Source: an uncultured delta proteobacterium
GTDB taxonomy: Bacteria; Desulfobacterota; Desulfobacteria; Desulfobacterales; JAFDCJ01
NCBI GenBank assembly: GCA_963769935.1
Contig: CAVYNY010000013.1
Location: forward strand, 384,001-448,000
Length of the DNA: 64,000 bases
Direction of reading: 5' to 3'
Shown here in pieces: positions 18,838 through 29,676 of this stretch (its first letter is position 1; every line of letters starts with the position of its first letter). Position numbers and translations under genes: made by a program. The notes beneath the pieces were generated by a model. That model made no database searches. It worked only from the letters and a program-made list of their open reading frames with translations, and was not told where the DNA came from.

Positions 18838-20238
18838 TCCGTCTTTAAACGATTCTTTTTGAATACCATACTTTACCATCAACTTGTTCAATTGACGGGC
18901 GCTGATGCCGGCATCCTGCGCGGCACTGTTTACCCGGCCCTTGTTGCGGGAAAAAAGCTCCCTGAGGTAGTGGCGCTCAAAATTTTCGACGGCTCGGCGC
19001 CGGGCCTCGGCCAATGAAAGATTGACATTTACCGGCAACACGGCGGCCGGACCGCCGGATTCGAAAAGCTCGGCGGGAAAGCCGTCCGAGGTCAGCAGCG
19101 GCGCGGTCTCAAGAATATAGGCGCGTTCCATCAGGTTTTCCAACTCACGGATGTTGCCCGGCCAATGGTAGTTTTTCAGCGCCTGAAGAACCCGCGAATG
19201 GACGGAATGAATGTTTTTGCCGTATTTCAGGTTTAATTTTTTTAAAAATACTTCCAGCAGATAGGGGATATCCTCAATGCGGTCCCTGAGCGGCGGCACT
19301 TCAACGGCAAATACGTTCAGGCGGAAGTAAAGGTCTTTTCTGAACTCTCCCTTGTTGCTCATTCCGAATAAATCGGCGTTGGTGGCGGCGATGACTCGGG
19401 CGTCGGTCTGCATAACATCTTCACCGCCGACGCGGCTGAAGGTTCCGTCCTGCAGAACCTGCAGCATCTTGACCTGTGCCGGCGGCGAAATGGTGCCGAT
19501 CTCGTCCAGAAAAATGGTGCCGCCCCGGGCCATTTCGAATTTACCCGGTTTTCGGCGGATCGCTCCCGTAAAGGCGCCTTTTTCATGACCGAACAGTTCA
19601 CTTTCCAGCAAGGTGTCCGGAATCGCTCCGCAGTGCACGCTGATGAACGGGGCATCACTGCGGTGGCTGTGCCGGTGGATCATTCTGGCCAACAGCCCCT
19701 TGCCGGTTCCGGTTTCACCCATCAGCAGCACCGTAGCCCTGGTTGGTGCAACCGCCCGAATCTTTTTGAATACTTCCCGCATACCGGCGGTGTTCGTGTG
19801 GATGACTGCCAGCCACTCGGATTTCCAGAACTGGTCCCGCAGATAGTCCAGCTCCAGATTGGTGGTATGGGATTCATTCAGGGATTCGATCACCAGCCGC
19901 ACTTCGGACGGATCAATGGGGTAGGTCAGGTAGTTGTGAGCGCCGGCTTTCACGGCCTTGACGGCCTGTCGGATCGATTCTTTTGAGGCCAGCACCACGA
20001 ACTCTGTTAAAAAATTCGATTCCTTAAACGGCTTTACGGCATCCGTATAATCGTTGGCCGGCGAAGCTTCGCCCAAAACCGTCAAATCGGAAAAGATAAC
20101 ATCGAATAAACGCTGACGGTGAAGACCGAGCGCACCCTGAATACTGTCCGAATGCTCCGTATGATAGTCCGGCGGCAGCGATGACCGGATCAGGCGGGCA
20201 ATCTCTTGGTCCGGTGCTATAATGAGCACAGATTTCAT
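18832..20238 (-). CDS. Sigma54-dependent activator (NtrC-like bEBP) 1 with atypical receiver domain
   Basis: GETGTGKG, ESELFGHEKGAFTGA, FLDEI, WPGNIREL, Fis-type HTH. Confidence 0.95.
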   Translation of the reverse strand: MKSVLIIAPDQEIARLIRSSLPPDYHTEHSDSIQGALGLHRQRLFDVIFSDLTVLGEASPANDYTDAVKPFKESNFLTEFVVLASKESIRQAVKAVKAGAHNYLTYPIDPSEVRLVIESLNESHTTNLELDYLRDQFWKSEWLAVIHTNTAGMREVFKKIRAVAPTRATVLLMGETGTGKGLLARMIHRHSHRSDAPFISVHCGAIPDTLLESELFGHEKGAFTGAIRRKPGKFEMARGGTIFLDEIGTISPPAQVKMLQVLQDGTFSRVGGEDVMQTDARVIAATNADLFGMSNKGEFRKDLYFRLNVFAVEVPPLRDRIEDIPYLLEVFLKKLNLKYGKNIHSVHSRVLQALKNYHWPGNIRELENLMERAYILETAPLLTSDGFPAELFESGGPAAVLPVNVNLSLAEARRRAVENFERHYLRELFSRNKGRVNSAAQDAGISARQLNKLMVKYGIQKESFKDGL

Positions 20239-20545
20239 TTACTTATACCTAATCCGGCAAAGCCGGTGGGAAGCGGACGGGTGCTCCCCGGGTGTAAATC
20301 CCGATTTATTGGGGATCTAATTGCCACAAAGCGAAACCTTCGATTTGCTAATTTCTTTTCGTCTTCGCGGCAAATTTACTTTGTCATAAAATGCACTGAA
20401 TCCGCAAGCTAAAACACCGGATGCGGACGGAATAATTTTTGCGATGATAGCGTATAATCGATCAAAAAAAAATGGCAAATTTTTCAATTCCCCAAAAAAT
20501 GCTCTCGCTGAAATACCGAGATAGGGAGTCTGCTGTTCGCCGGAT

Positions 20546-20791
20546 TTGAACCCGATTGTAAAAGAACCGCCGGAGACAAAGTGCAGTCAAATTCCGCATC
20601 AATTTATAATCAGAACGGGTGTGCCTTTTCAGGAGCTGGTACAAGCTGCTCTGGCGGAAAAGGTCGATATGGTGGTGATGGGTACCAAGGGAAGAGGCAA
20701 CATTGCCGGTATCTTGATGGGCTCGCAGGCCGAAAAGATGTTTCGCCATTGCCCGGTGCCGTTGCTCAGTATTCGGGAAAAAGAGGATTAA
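20546..20791 (+). pseudogene. C-terminal fragment of a universal stress protein
   Basis: GVPFQEL...DMVVMGTKGRG...LMGSQAEKMFRHCPVPLL; N-terminal part and a credible start are missing. Confidence 0.7.
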
Positions 20792-20800
20792 AATTGACGT

Positions 20801-20952
20801 GATCCCGGCCTCCGGCTCGTAGAGCCTACGCCTCGGAGAGATACTGGTTTCTGGATACGACTCGACTGAGCTCGCCGAAGTCTAGATGTTTCTGGATCTC
20901 ACTTGCAGCGAATCCCGGAATATCCAGCATCAAGTATCCAGCATCCAGCATC
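20801..20952. repeat. Inverted heptamer array with nested REP-like hairpins
   Basis: GATACTG/CTGGATA units face CCAGCAT/CAAGTAT units at 20921-20952. Confidence 0.6.
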
Positions 20953-21030
20953 GTCCCGGCAGAAACGACTGCGTTACTTCTACCCCACATGAAGAGTTAA
21001 ATACAATTATGCGACGTTAGGGTGAAGTTA

Positions 21031-21186
21031 GGGTTCACGAAAAAATTAATTCACAGTTTTAGGCGCTGAGGCGCTCTTCCGGCAAAGCGCGAAAACGCAG
21101 GAATATCTGGATATTCCGAGCTTTCACAACGCAGCCGGAAGAGATGGACCGGCGTATAAAATGTGAAGTTGTTTTTGAGTGAGCCC
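21031..21186. mobile_element. 156-bp MITE-like element, copy 2
   Basis: Same termini and core as 754-909, flanked by TTA (21028-21030, 21187-21189). The right TTA is the stop codon of the adjacent minus-strand gene. Confidence 0.85.
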
Positions 21187-21543
21187 TTAGGCGACCTTCT
21201 GCAGTCTTTTCTCGATTCTGACGGTACCGGTATCCTTGCTGAACCAGCCGAAGAACAGAATCATATCCGGATGGTCGTCCAAAGAATTGTAATTTTTAAT
21301 CACCACGCCCTGGCGGGCCGCATCAGTGGGGTCGAAGACTCTGACTTCAAATGCATGCTTTTCCTCGGCTTTCGGACGCAGGGCACATTTCAGACTCCAC
21401 ACCCAATCCGGGTCTTCCTTCAGACGAGTCACCATATGCATTCCCACGCGGTCCGGCAGGTCCTTGGGTTTCGCTAATTTAACCTCACTGCTGCCGGAGG
21501 AATTTTCACCTTGTTTTTCCTTTTGCCAAAATTTCCAGCTCAT
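21187..21543 (-). CDS. Hypothetical protein (118 aa)
   Basis: Clean ORF with globular composition and an upstream sigma54 promoter. Confidence 0.8.
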   Translation of the reverse strand: MSWKFWQKEKQGENSSGSSEVKLAKPKDLPDRVGMHMVTRLKEDPDWVWSLKCALRPKAEEKHAFEVRVFDPTDAARQGVVIKNYNSLDDHPDMILFFGWFSKDTGTVRIEKRLQKVA

Positions 21544-21600
21544 GACACCGACCTTTCAATTTCAGGTTTGTTGCCAGAAGAAGATGGATGATTTTATAAT

Positions 21601-21683
21601 AGCAAGTCTCATGCCAAATAGTAATTGAATGATTTTATTATAATTAGTATTATCGTAATCGAAAATCAGAACCGGAAATTCCG
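21601..21683 (-). promoter_or_regulatory. Sigma54 promoter, IHF-like site and UAS
   Basis: Minus strand TGGCAT-GAGAC-TTGCT (21601-21616), AATCAT-N4-TTA (21622-21634), CAGAA-N7-TTCCG (21667-21683). Confidence 0.78.
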
Positions 21684-21714
21684 ACTTTTAAAAAACTTGA
21701 TTAGCGAGGAGCTA

Positions 21715-23156
21715 ATGGAAAGCCTCGGCTCACTGGGATTGATTAAAGCATTGCTTAATTGGCGGACAGCGCTGGACATCCTTCTGATGGCGGCCGGACT
21801 ATTTTTTTTGTACCGCACATTACTGCGTCTCGGAACCTGGCGGATATTTGTCGGCATTCTGGCGGCTTTAGGCCTTTTTCTCATCGCCAGTCTCCTGGAT
21901 CTCAGGGGCCTCGAATGGATTTTCGGCAACCTCAGTCAGGTAGCTGTGATCGCGCTGATCGTCATCTTTCAGCCGGAAATTAGAAAAATATTTGAACGCG
22001 CTGTATCGGTTAGACGCGCTGAAACGGGGATAGAGAGGATGAACTTTCACAAATAGCGGCCGAGTCCCTGTGGAAATTGGCCCAGCAGCACCGGGGAGCC
22101 ATTGTGGTCTTTCCCGGCAAAGAGCCCATCGATGAATGGCTTTCGGGCGGCTTTAAGTTGGATGCCAAGCCGAGCAGCCCCTTGATCATGAGCATCTTCG
22201 ATCCGAACTCGCCCGGACATGACGGCGCCCTCATTATTCAAAACGGAAAATTCAAGCGATTCGGCGTTCGCCTGCCGGTATCCCAGAGTTCCAGGCTGCC
22301 TGAAGAATACGGTACCCGCCACCACGCGGCCATGGGCCTGGCGGAGAAGTCGGATGCACTGGTTATTGTTGTATCGGAAGAACGCGGCCGGGTATCTATT
22401 TTCAAGGATCGCCGTTTCCGCACGGTGACCGACCTTGATCAAATCGGTAAAAGAATTATTTCCCATTGGAAAGACACGACTTCATACTTCAATAAAATGC
22501 CCGATCGAGAATCAAGGTGGAAACTACTGCCCCAGGTCTTTGCAAGTCTGGTCGTGGCGGTGTTTTTTTGGTCGACATTAATTACTGCCCAGGGCGAGAT
22601 GCTCGAAAAGATCATTGCCGTCCCGGTTGAATACACGGCATCCCCGGCCAATCTTATGCTGATCGGTGACAAGCAGAAAGAAGTCCGCCTGCATCTCGCC
22701 GGTTCGCGCTCAGACCTTGATTCCATTAACCCGTCGCAATTAAATGTAACGGTGGACCTTTCCAAGGCCGCCGCCGGCAAGCAAACCTTTCCAATTACCG
22801 CTGAAAATATTCGATTGCCGCGCGATGTCAAACTACTCGATGTAATTCCTTCCGGTGTGGAGCTGACCCTGGCCGAAATTGAAGAACGTGAAGTGCCGAT
22901 TATGCCGCAGTTGATCGGCAAACTGCCCGACAACCTGAAGATTTTGGATTTGAAAATTATTCCCGCCAAAGTTAAAGTGCTTTCGCCGGCCGCCGTTGGC
23001 AAGGACAATGCCGCCAGCATCATCACCACACCGATTTACCTTGAGGGCATTTACAACGATACCAGCGTCTTCTGCAAAATCATCGCACCATCGGCCTTTC
23101 AGCCGGCAGAAAAGCGCTGGCCGGATGTCGAAGTGCAGATCAAGGTAGGTAATTAA
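21715..23156 (+). CDS. cdaA: Diadenylate cyclase (CdaA-like TM + DAC) fused to a YbbR/CdaR domain; frameshift near 22026-22029
   Basis: TM helices ending IVIFQPEIRK, DAC motifs HDGA, GTRHHAA and VSEERG, then a TM segment and YbbR-like region. Adding one G to the G4 run joins ORFs 21625-22056 and 22077-23156. Confidence 0.85.
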
Positions 23157-23305
23157 TCCGCCCGGAAAGACAGCGCTTCCAGAGTTGTAAATTATTTTTC
23201 AAAAAATGAAAAAAGTAGTCACATCGAAGGGTGGCGGATTAATTACTTTATGCTGCGCGATAATATTTTTATATTTTCCTTTAAATTCATTCTATCTGCT
23301 AGCGA

Positions 23306-23521
23306 CTATTTTTGGGCTTTGTTTTTTTGTTGCTGCCTGCGTTTGGGAAATGCCAGCAGGAATCCGGCGATAACTCCCACGGCCAGCGTACCAAACAGCA
23401 TTAATGCCCTGGATATGGAAAAAGTCCACAACAGAAATTGGAATTCGACGACCTGCGTATTTTGAATGACAAAAATGAGCACGACCGCGATGAGTATGAT
23501 AAATAAAGTGTTCCTGAACAT
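23306..23521 (-). CDS. LapA/DUF1049-family small membrane protein
   Basis: IFVIQNTQVVEFQFLLW, two TM segments, AGGAGG RBS. Confidence 0.85.
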   Translation of the reverse strand: MFRNTLFIILIAVVLIFVIQNTQVVEFQFLLWTFSISRALMLFGTLAVGVIAGFLLAFPKRRQQQKNKAQK

Positions 23522-23601
23522 AATCGCCTCCTTTCTGCTTTGGTGCTTCAGCAACAAAACGCACAGCGGTAAAAATTTTCTTTTGGAAAAATTATCAGCT
23601 T

Positions 23602-24450
23602 TTACCAGTGCGGCTGATTGCCGATGCGTTTGCCCATGACTTCAAGCGTATCCGACACCACCACAAAGGCATCCGAATCAACTTTGCGAATCAGCTCTTT
23701 TAACCTGGCAAGTTCTTGAAAGGTCATGACCGAGTAAAGAATGCGTCTTTCCTGTCCGCTGAAGCCGCCCTCACCCCGCACGACCGTGACGCCGCGCTGC
23801 AAGTTGTTGATGATTTCCTGTGAGATCTTTTCCCATTGGGGAGAGATGATCATGATGGCTTTGCGCTGGCTGAGTCCGGTAACCACCAGATTCACAAAGT
23901 GTGAAGTAACATATAAATAGATGAGAGTGTAAAGAACCATTTCCAGGGGGATTTTAAAAGCCGCCGCTATCATCAGCAACGCGTTGAAAACCATGACGGT
24001 CGTCCCGAGCCGGATGGAAAATTTTTTGTACAAAATAACCGAAAGGATGTCCAGACCGCCGGCCGATCCCAATGAGCGCAAAATGATGCCGGATCCCGTC
24101 CCGGTGACAATACCGGCCGTCAGGGCGGCGAGAATCATATCTTTTATCTGAAAAATCGGGAAGGGGTAAAGCATGACGGCCGAAAAAATAAAGAGACCGG
24201 CCAGGCTGTAGAAAAAAAACCGCCGTCCGACAAACAGCCAGCCGATTAAAAACAGCGGTAGGTTCAGTAAAAAGTAAATCACACCTACCGGCAGTGAAGG
24301 CAGCATGTAATGCACCAATAAAGCCAGACCCGTAACGCCGCCGGCCAAAAATTGCTTCGGTATAAGAATACCCTTGATGGCCGCAGCGCAGATAATGCTG
24401 CCGACGCTGATCAGCAGCAAATTCCATAACAGTGTTTTGATTGGTTTCAT
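23602..24450 (-). CDS. YitT-family membrane protein
   Basis: [22 protein letters not shown]...GEGGFS, DAFVVV. Confidence 0.92.
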   Translation of the reverse strand: MKPIKTLLWNLLLISVGSIICAAAIKGILIPKQFLAGGVTGLALLVHYMLPSLPVGVIYFLLNLPLFLIGWLFVGRRFFFYSLAGLFIFSAVMLYPFPIFQIKDMILAALTAGIVTGTGSGIILRSLGSAGGLDILSVILYKKFSIRLGTTVMVFNALLMIAAAFKIPLEMVLYTLIYLYVTSHFVNLVVTGLSQRKAIMIISPQWEKISQEIINNLQRGVTVVRGEGGFSGQERRILYSVMTFQELARLKELIRKVDSDAFVVVSDTLEVMGKRIGNQPHW

Positions 24451-25508
24451 AAATCAAACCCCAATCCGGGTTTGCCGGTCGGATACAAAACCCCCTCCTT
24501 CAGGATGACGGCACCGGCCGATGGATCATTGATTAGATCCAGGTGGCCGTCCAGATCGGCATACACCACATTGGGGCGTGCCAGTGCAAAGTGCAGGCCG
24601 GCGGCGATCGCCAGGGCGGCCTCATCCATGCATCCCACCATGACTTCAAACCCCGCAGCCCGCGACACCGCATTGATGCGCACGGCTTCGGAAATTCCGC
24701 CGACTTTCATCAGCTTGATGTTGATCATGTCCACCAGACTGCGTCGTGCCAGACGAAATGCATCTTTTAGATTCATGATGCTCTCGTCGGCCATCACCGG
24801 AATCGGTGCCTTAGCGGTAATTCGTCCCAGCAATTCGAAATCCTGGCGGGCAGTCGGCTGTTCGATCAATTCCAGCCCGGCGGAGCGGGTTGCCTGCACG
24901 AAGTGCAGCGCATCTTCTTCATTATAACCCTGGTTGGCGTCGAAGCGAATTTCGATCCGCGGGCCCAGCGCTTCGCGAACTTTCAGGATGCGTTCGATAT
25001 CCTCGGCGGCATTTTTACCGCCTTTAATTTTGAGCACCCTAAAGCCCCTGTCCACATGCCCGCGCGCTTTGGCAACGGTTTCGGCCACCGGCAGGATGCC
25101 GATGGTGATGCTGGTTTTGATGCGGGTGCGAAACCCGCCCAGCAGCCGGCAGACCGGAAATCCGGCCGCCTTACCGAGAATATCGTACAGCGCCATGTCC
25201 GTCATGGCCGCGGCGGAGGGATGCTTGACCAGGATCGGCGCCAGTTTCTCGGTCAGCAACGCAATTCGCAGCGGATCGGATCCTTTCAGCACGGACTCGA
25301 TGACATCACCAAAAACCTTAACCACGGAATGCGGCGTTTCGCCGGTGACCTGCTCATCCGGGGCGGCACAGCCGAATCCGTTGATACCGGCGCTGGTCTC
25401 GATGCGCAAAAAAATATTCTCCACGGCCGCGATGGTCTCATAAGCGATCGTGTAGGGTTCCGTCAGCCGCATTTTAACCGGCCATATTTCAAGGCTGGTA
25501 ATTTTCAT
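24447..25508 (-). CDS. Enolase-superfamily dipeptide epimerase (L-Ala-D/L-Glu epimerase / DgcA-like)
   Basis: [28 protein letters not shown]. Confidence 0.92.
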   Translation of the reverse strand: MKITSLEIWPVKMRLTEPYTIAYETIAAVENIFLRIETSAGINGFGCAAPDEQVTGETPHSVVKVFGDVIESVLKGSDPLRIALLTEKLAPILVKHPSAAAMTDMALYDILGKAAGFPVCRLLGGFRTRIKTSITIGILPVAETVAKARGHVDRGFRVLKIKGGKNAAEDIERILKVREALGPRIEIRFDANQGYNEEDALHFVQATRSAGLELIEQPTARQDFELLGRITAKAPIPVMADESIMNLKDAFRLARRSLVDMINIKLMKVGGISEAVRINAVSRAAGFEVMVGCMDEAALAIAAGLHFALARPNVVYADLDGHLDLINDPSAGAVILKEGVLYPTGKPGLGFDL

Positions 25509-25735
25509 TTATGGTAGTTCCTATGATGGATTTCTTCCAACGTCATATATTTTAGATCTGCTACCATCGCAACCAGATGGGCAATCAGGATTTCCCAAAT
25601 TTTACGGCCTTTGGCGGCGCCGGCCTTGGTGGGATCACCCCTTACCCCGGTTTTTGATATTTTGCGGGTAGGCGCATACCACCGAACGCCGCGCTTGGAG
25701 GTAAAATCCAGGTAGCGGCTGACACCGGAAACCTC
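25509..25735 (-). pseudogene. C-terminal remnant of a creatininase-family amidohydrolase
   Basis: Manual translation SRYLDFTSKRGVRWYAPTRKISKTGVRGDPTKAGAAKGRKIWEILIAHL matches the creatininase G-V-x-G-D-P-x2-A...KG pattern. No start codon; absent from the ORF track. Confidence 0.7.
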
Positions 25736-25751
25736 TAAAAAATTAAAGCAC

Positions 25752-26825
25752 TCATCTCAGAAATTCCGCCAAAAGATCCGCCAAGCCATCCGCGCCGTCG
25801 CGCAGGACATCAAAGGTCGGCAAACCAATAACCTTTTGAACGGCATCGCATACCAGCGGTATCCGGTCGTCGGCAATTTCTTCATGATTTAGCGTGACGG
25901 CCACCACGGGTTTGCCGGACAACAGCTCGATTACCTGTACCTGGCGGGCAAGCGGATGAATCGGATAGCCGGGGAACCCATCATATTCCTTGCGGGCCGG
26001 GGCATGCTGCAGAACAACGACATCCGGCCGGCCGGCCGCCAGAATCTCAAAGCCGCCGGGATAGGCCGGATTCATCAAACTGCCCTGGCCTTCGATCACA
26101 ATAACCTCCGGTGCAGCTTCCTGCCAGGCGCGCCAGACGGCAAACTCGATCTCACCGGAAACAAAATCGTTGATCAGCGAATCCATGACGACACCGAATC
26201 TGGCACCCTGCATCCAGGCGGTCTGCCCGGTTCCAACCAGTTCGGCCCGTCGCGCTTTTCTGCGAAAAGCGTCGACAATCAGCCAGGCCGTGGTTCGTTT
26301 GCCGACGGCTGAATCGGTCCCCAGCACGGCGATTTTCAGAGATTTCACCTGTTCGATCAGACCGCTGAAAAAATGAAGTTCATCGCGCGGCGGCGGTTTG
26401 CGGACATCCCGTATAGCCACCCGGTGCTGGGCGGCCAGTTCCGCCATCTCACGATCATCGGAGAGAAAGTCGTGCAGCCCGCAATCCACGTTGAGACCGC
26501 AACTGATAGCGGTTTTAAGGTCCAGTCGGGCTGTCTTGCTGAGTCGACCGCCGTCCGGCGCCAATCCCATAACCAGGTGGGTGGCCGGCGCATCACCGTG
26601 CCGCGCTGCTTGCAGGGCATCTGCAATACCAGCAAAAATCGGAACGCCCTTGGGTTTGCCGTCCAGCACGTCGCCGGCATCGCGCCCGGCGTAATGCGAA
26701 TCGATCACGGACAATACGCGGTAGCGCTGGGTAAACCGCACCAGTCCATGAGCGGTTTTGCCGTTGAGTGTATTAAATCCCCCTTCACAATATACGATGG
26801 CGTTGCCTTCCGGCATTTGAGTCAT
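25752..26825 (-). CDS. DUF1611-family P-loop protein (DgcN-like)
   Basis: KTAHGL, GLHDFL, GTDSAVGKRTT, GTGQT, IEGQGSL. Confidence 0.9.
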   Translation of the reverse strand: MTQMPEGNAIVYCEGGFNTLNGKTAHGLVRFTQRYRVLSVIDSHYAGRDAGDVLDGKPKGVPIFAGIADALQAARHGDAPATHLVMGLAPDGGRLSKTARLDLKTAISCGLNVDCGLHDFLSDDREMAELAAQHRVAIRDVRKPPPRDELHFFSGLIEQVKSLKIAVLGTDSAVGKRTTAWLIVDAFRRKARRAELVGTGQTAWMQGARFGVVMDSLINDFVSGEIEFAVWRAWQEAAPEVIVIEGQGSLMNPAYPGGFEILAAGRPDVVVLQHAPARKEYDGFPGYPIHPLARQVQVIELLSGKPVVAVTLNHEEIADDRIPLVCDAVQKVIGLPTFDVLRDGADGLADLLAEFLR

Positions 26826-27125
26826 ACTTTCCCCCCGTCAGCACCGCCACATAACGATCACCCGACAGGGGTTCACGCATGTGTCGGGTCATCAATGCAA
26901 TCAAGCCGGCCGTGGAAGCCGACAGCACCTGCAACCCTGCTTTCTGTCGAATCAAACTTGCATAATTGCGCACCGCGCAGCCCGTCGTAAATCTCATTGC
27001 AAATAAAAAGGTAAAATTAAGGTTGCCAAAAGTACTTGCGAGTGTCGAGCTATCCGCTTAATTTTGGGTTATATATCCGATAATTGTCAAGACCGATCAA
27101 TAGTATATGGCTTTTCCGATATGCG

Positions 27126-29432
27126 TCAAGGTCGATGCGATCTGTTGGACACAAACTTGTCGCCCGAAGCCTTCAATGCTTCCCGGACCCCGCGGATAGT
27201 GGTCCGGGCCAGAAGCGCGGCGGCGTAATCCCGGGCTTCGGCAATCTTTATGCCCGCTGCAGCTTGCTGGATCGCCGGTAAAAAGCTGGGATAAACACTG
27301 AAAATTCGAACCCCGATGCCGAGTAGAAAAGGAATATAGTCGGTTTCATGGGCCAGTTCACCGCATACGGACAGCTCCTTGCCGGCCTTTTCCGCTGCCG
27401 TAGCGATTTTGGACAGGCCCCTGAGTACCGCCGGGTGCCACGGCTCATAGTATTCGGCCACTTTGTCGTTCGATCGGTCGACGGCCAGCATGTACTGGAC
27501 GAAATCGTTGGTTCCGATAGACATGAAATCCGCTTCCGCCGCTATTTCATCAATTATCTCCAGCAGGGACGGGACTTCGATCATAATACCGATCAGCGGA
27601 TTTTTATGATGGGGGAAGTTGTTGTGTTTGAGATCGGCCAGACAATCGTCCACCGCCACTCTGGCCGACCTGAATTCATCCAGCGAGCCGATCATCGGAA
27701 ACATGATGCGCAGATCGTTAAAATCGGCTGCTGCTCTGAGAATGGCACTCAGCTGCTGTTGAAAAAGATCACGATGGCGCAGGGATAACCGAATGGCTCT
27801 TAATCCCAGGTCGGGATTCGACTCCCGGGATGTATCGGAATAGGACAGCAATTTATCGCCGCCCAGATCAAGGGTACGAATGGTCACCGGTCGGCCGGAC
27901 ATATCGTCGAACAGACGCCGATACACCGTGTATTGCTCTTCTTCCGAAGGTATTTCGGATCGAATCAAAAAGGGAAACTCCGTCCGATAAAGACCGACGC
28001 CTTCAGCCTTGAGCTCGCGCGCCAGAATCAAATCACGCAGCAAGTTGATGTTCGCCAGCAATCGAAGGCGCGTGCCGTCCCGGGTTTGCGTCACGGCTTG
28101 CATCGATTCGGCCAGGGAGGCGATAACCGCATGGATATCCTTCTGGGATTCAAACTGCTTGACGATCCTGGCCGACGGCTCCACGTATATATTGCCGATC
28201 TCAGCATCCATCAATACGGGAGTACCGTCGGGGATTTGCAGCAACTCCTCACGGTCGGCGATGATCATGGGGATCTGCAGGGAGCGGGCCAGAATGGCCA
28301 CATGCGAAGTTGCCCCGCCGCTGACCAGAATAATGCCTTTCACATCGTCAGATGCTATTTTCAAAACATCGGACGGGTAAAGCTTGTTGGCAATCACGAC
28401 GCGATTTCCACTAAAATACGTCTCTTGCCCGTTTGATTGTCTGAGATTGGCCAGCAGGCGCTCGGCAAGATCTTCGACATCGTGCGCTTTTTCCCGCAAA
28501 AGCGGATGACTGCTCGATGAAAATAAAGCCGCATAATGTTCGGAGACCGAACGGATGGCCTGGGCGACCGGTATTTTTTGACTGACGCGCGTCTTTATTT
28601 CCTCAACGAAATGAGCATCTTTGAGCATCATTATGTGGGCCGTAAAGATCAGTGAGGCACTCTCCGGCAGGCGCTCTGCAAAGCGGGACTGCATTTCTTT
28701 GATCTGCTCGACCGTTGCCAGCATTGCCCTTTGAAAATCGTTGAGCGTGTGCCCCGGATCGGATTCATGGTCCTCATTCAGCCGGGCGCCATGGTTTTTG
28801 TCGAGCCGCATGGAAGGCCCGAACGCAAAGCCGCCTGAGACTGTAACCCCTTTGATGAATTGCAGCCGGTCTTTAAAAATCTTGACTCGGGGAAGCTTTT
28901 GTTGGTGCCGGTTGTGATCCATTAGAAAGCGTGCATTTCCAATGGCGCCGGCCAGCTGGGACGCAATCGCCCGCATGGCAATCACGTCGCGATGATCGAA
29001 GTAGTCGCGTTTTTCGTGCTGCACGACCAGCACGCCGATTTTTTCCACCCCCCTGAGAATGGGCACGCCAAGCAGGGAATTAAATCGATCTTCTTCAGCT
29101 TCTTCAAAATATTTAAACCGCGGGTTGCGGCTGGCGAAACCTTCATTTATGGGTCCCCGGCTTTCAAAGATCGTGCCCACCAGGCCTTCACCCACTTGCA
29201 TGCGCACCCGGCCGACGGCAGCCGGATTCAATCCAATGGTTGCTTCCAGAACCAGCTCTTCATTTTCCTCATCGAGCAGATAAATTGAGCAAACATCCGC
29301 ATCCATATGCCGGTTGACCATTGCCACCGTTTGCCGTAAAAAGGATTCGATATTGTCACTGCCCGTTAGAAGAGCGGCCAATTCGGAAACGTCGCACAAC
29401 AGGTCTAAATGCTCACGGTTTTTTCTCGTCAT
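27126..29432 (-). CDS. ptsP: GAF-domain phosphoenolpyruvate-protein phosphotransferase (EI-Ntr)
   Basis: N-terminal GAF domain, GGATSHVAIL phospho-His motif, GVGLYRTEF, RTLDLGGDK, SIGTND, SVCGE. Confidence 0.95.
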   Translation of the reverse strand: MTRKNREHLDLLCDVSELAALLTGSDNIESFLRQTVAMVNRHMDADVCSIYLLDEENEELVLEATIGLNPAAVGRVRMQVGEGLVGTIFESRGPINEGFASRNPRFKYFEEAEEDRFNSLLGVPILRGVEKIGVLVVQHEKRDYFDHRDVIAMRAIASQLAGAIGNARFLMDHNRHQQKLPRVKIFKDRLQFIKGVTVSGGFAFGPSMRLDKNHGARLNEDHESDPGHTLNDFQRAMLATVEQIKEMQSRFAERLPESASLIFTAHIMMLKDAHFVEEIKTRVSQKIPVAQAIRSVSEHYAALFSSSSHPLLREKAHDVEDLAERLLANLRQSNGQETYFSGNRVVIANKLYPSDVLKIASDDVKGIILVSGGATSHVAILARSLQIPMIIADREELLQIPDGTPVLMDAEIGNIYVEPSARIVKQFESQKDIHAVIASLAESMQAVTQTRDGTRLRLLANINLLRDLILARELKAEGVGLYRTEFPFLIRSEIPSEEEQYTVYRRLFDDMSGRPVTIRTLDLGGDKLLSYSDTSRESNPDLGLRAIRLSLRHRDLFQQQLSAILRAAADFNDLRIMFPMIGSLDEFRSARVAVDDCLADLKHNNFPHHKNPLIGIMIEVPSLLEIIDEIAAEADFMSIGTNDFVQYMLAVDRSNDKVAEYYEPWHPAVLRGLSKIATAAEKAGKELSVCGELAHETDYIPFLLGIGVRIFSVYPSFLPAIQQAAAGIKIAEARDYAAALLARTTIRGVREALKASGDKFVSNRSHRP

Positions 29433-29676
29433 GGCTTCTTTCCTGATACCAGGCATATATCATTAGGCTTGCCAACACTGCGTTCGGTCGATTCGACCCT
29501 ATACGGTAGTTTTAAAATCAACCGTAATTCGGCGATTGCAAAATTATTTATGGGTATAAATACCATTTTTGGGGAAAAAATAAAGAGCATTTCAATTGTG
29601 ATTTTCACCATCTCCTGATATAAATACTAAAGTGTTAACTGTAACTTCCTTTCATTTTATGAAAATTTTGTTTCCA

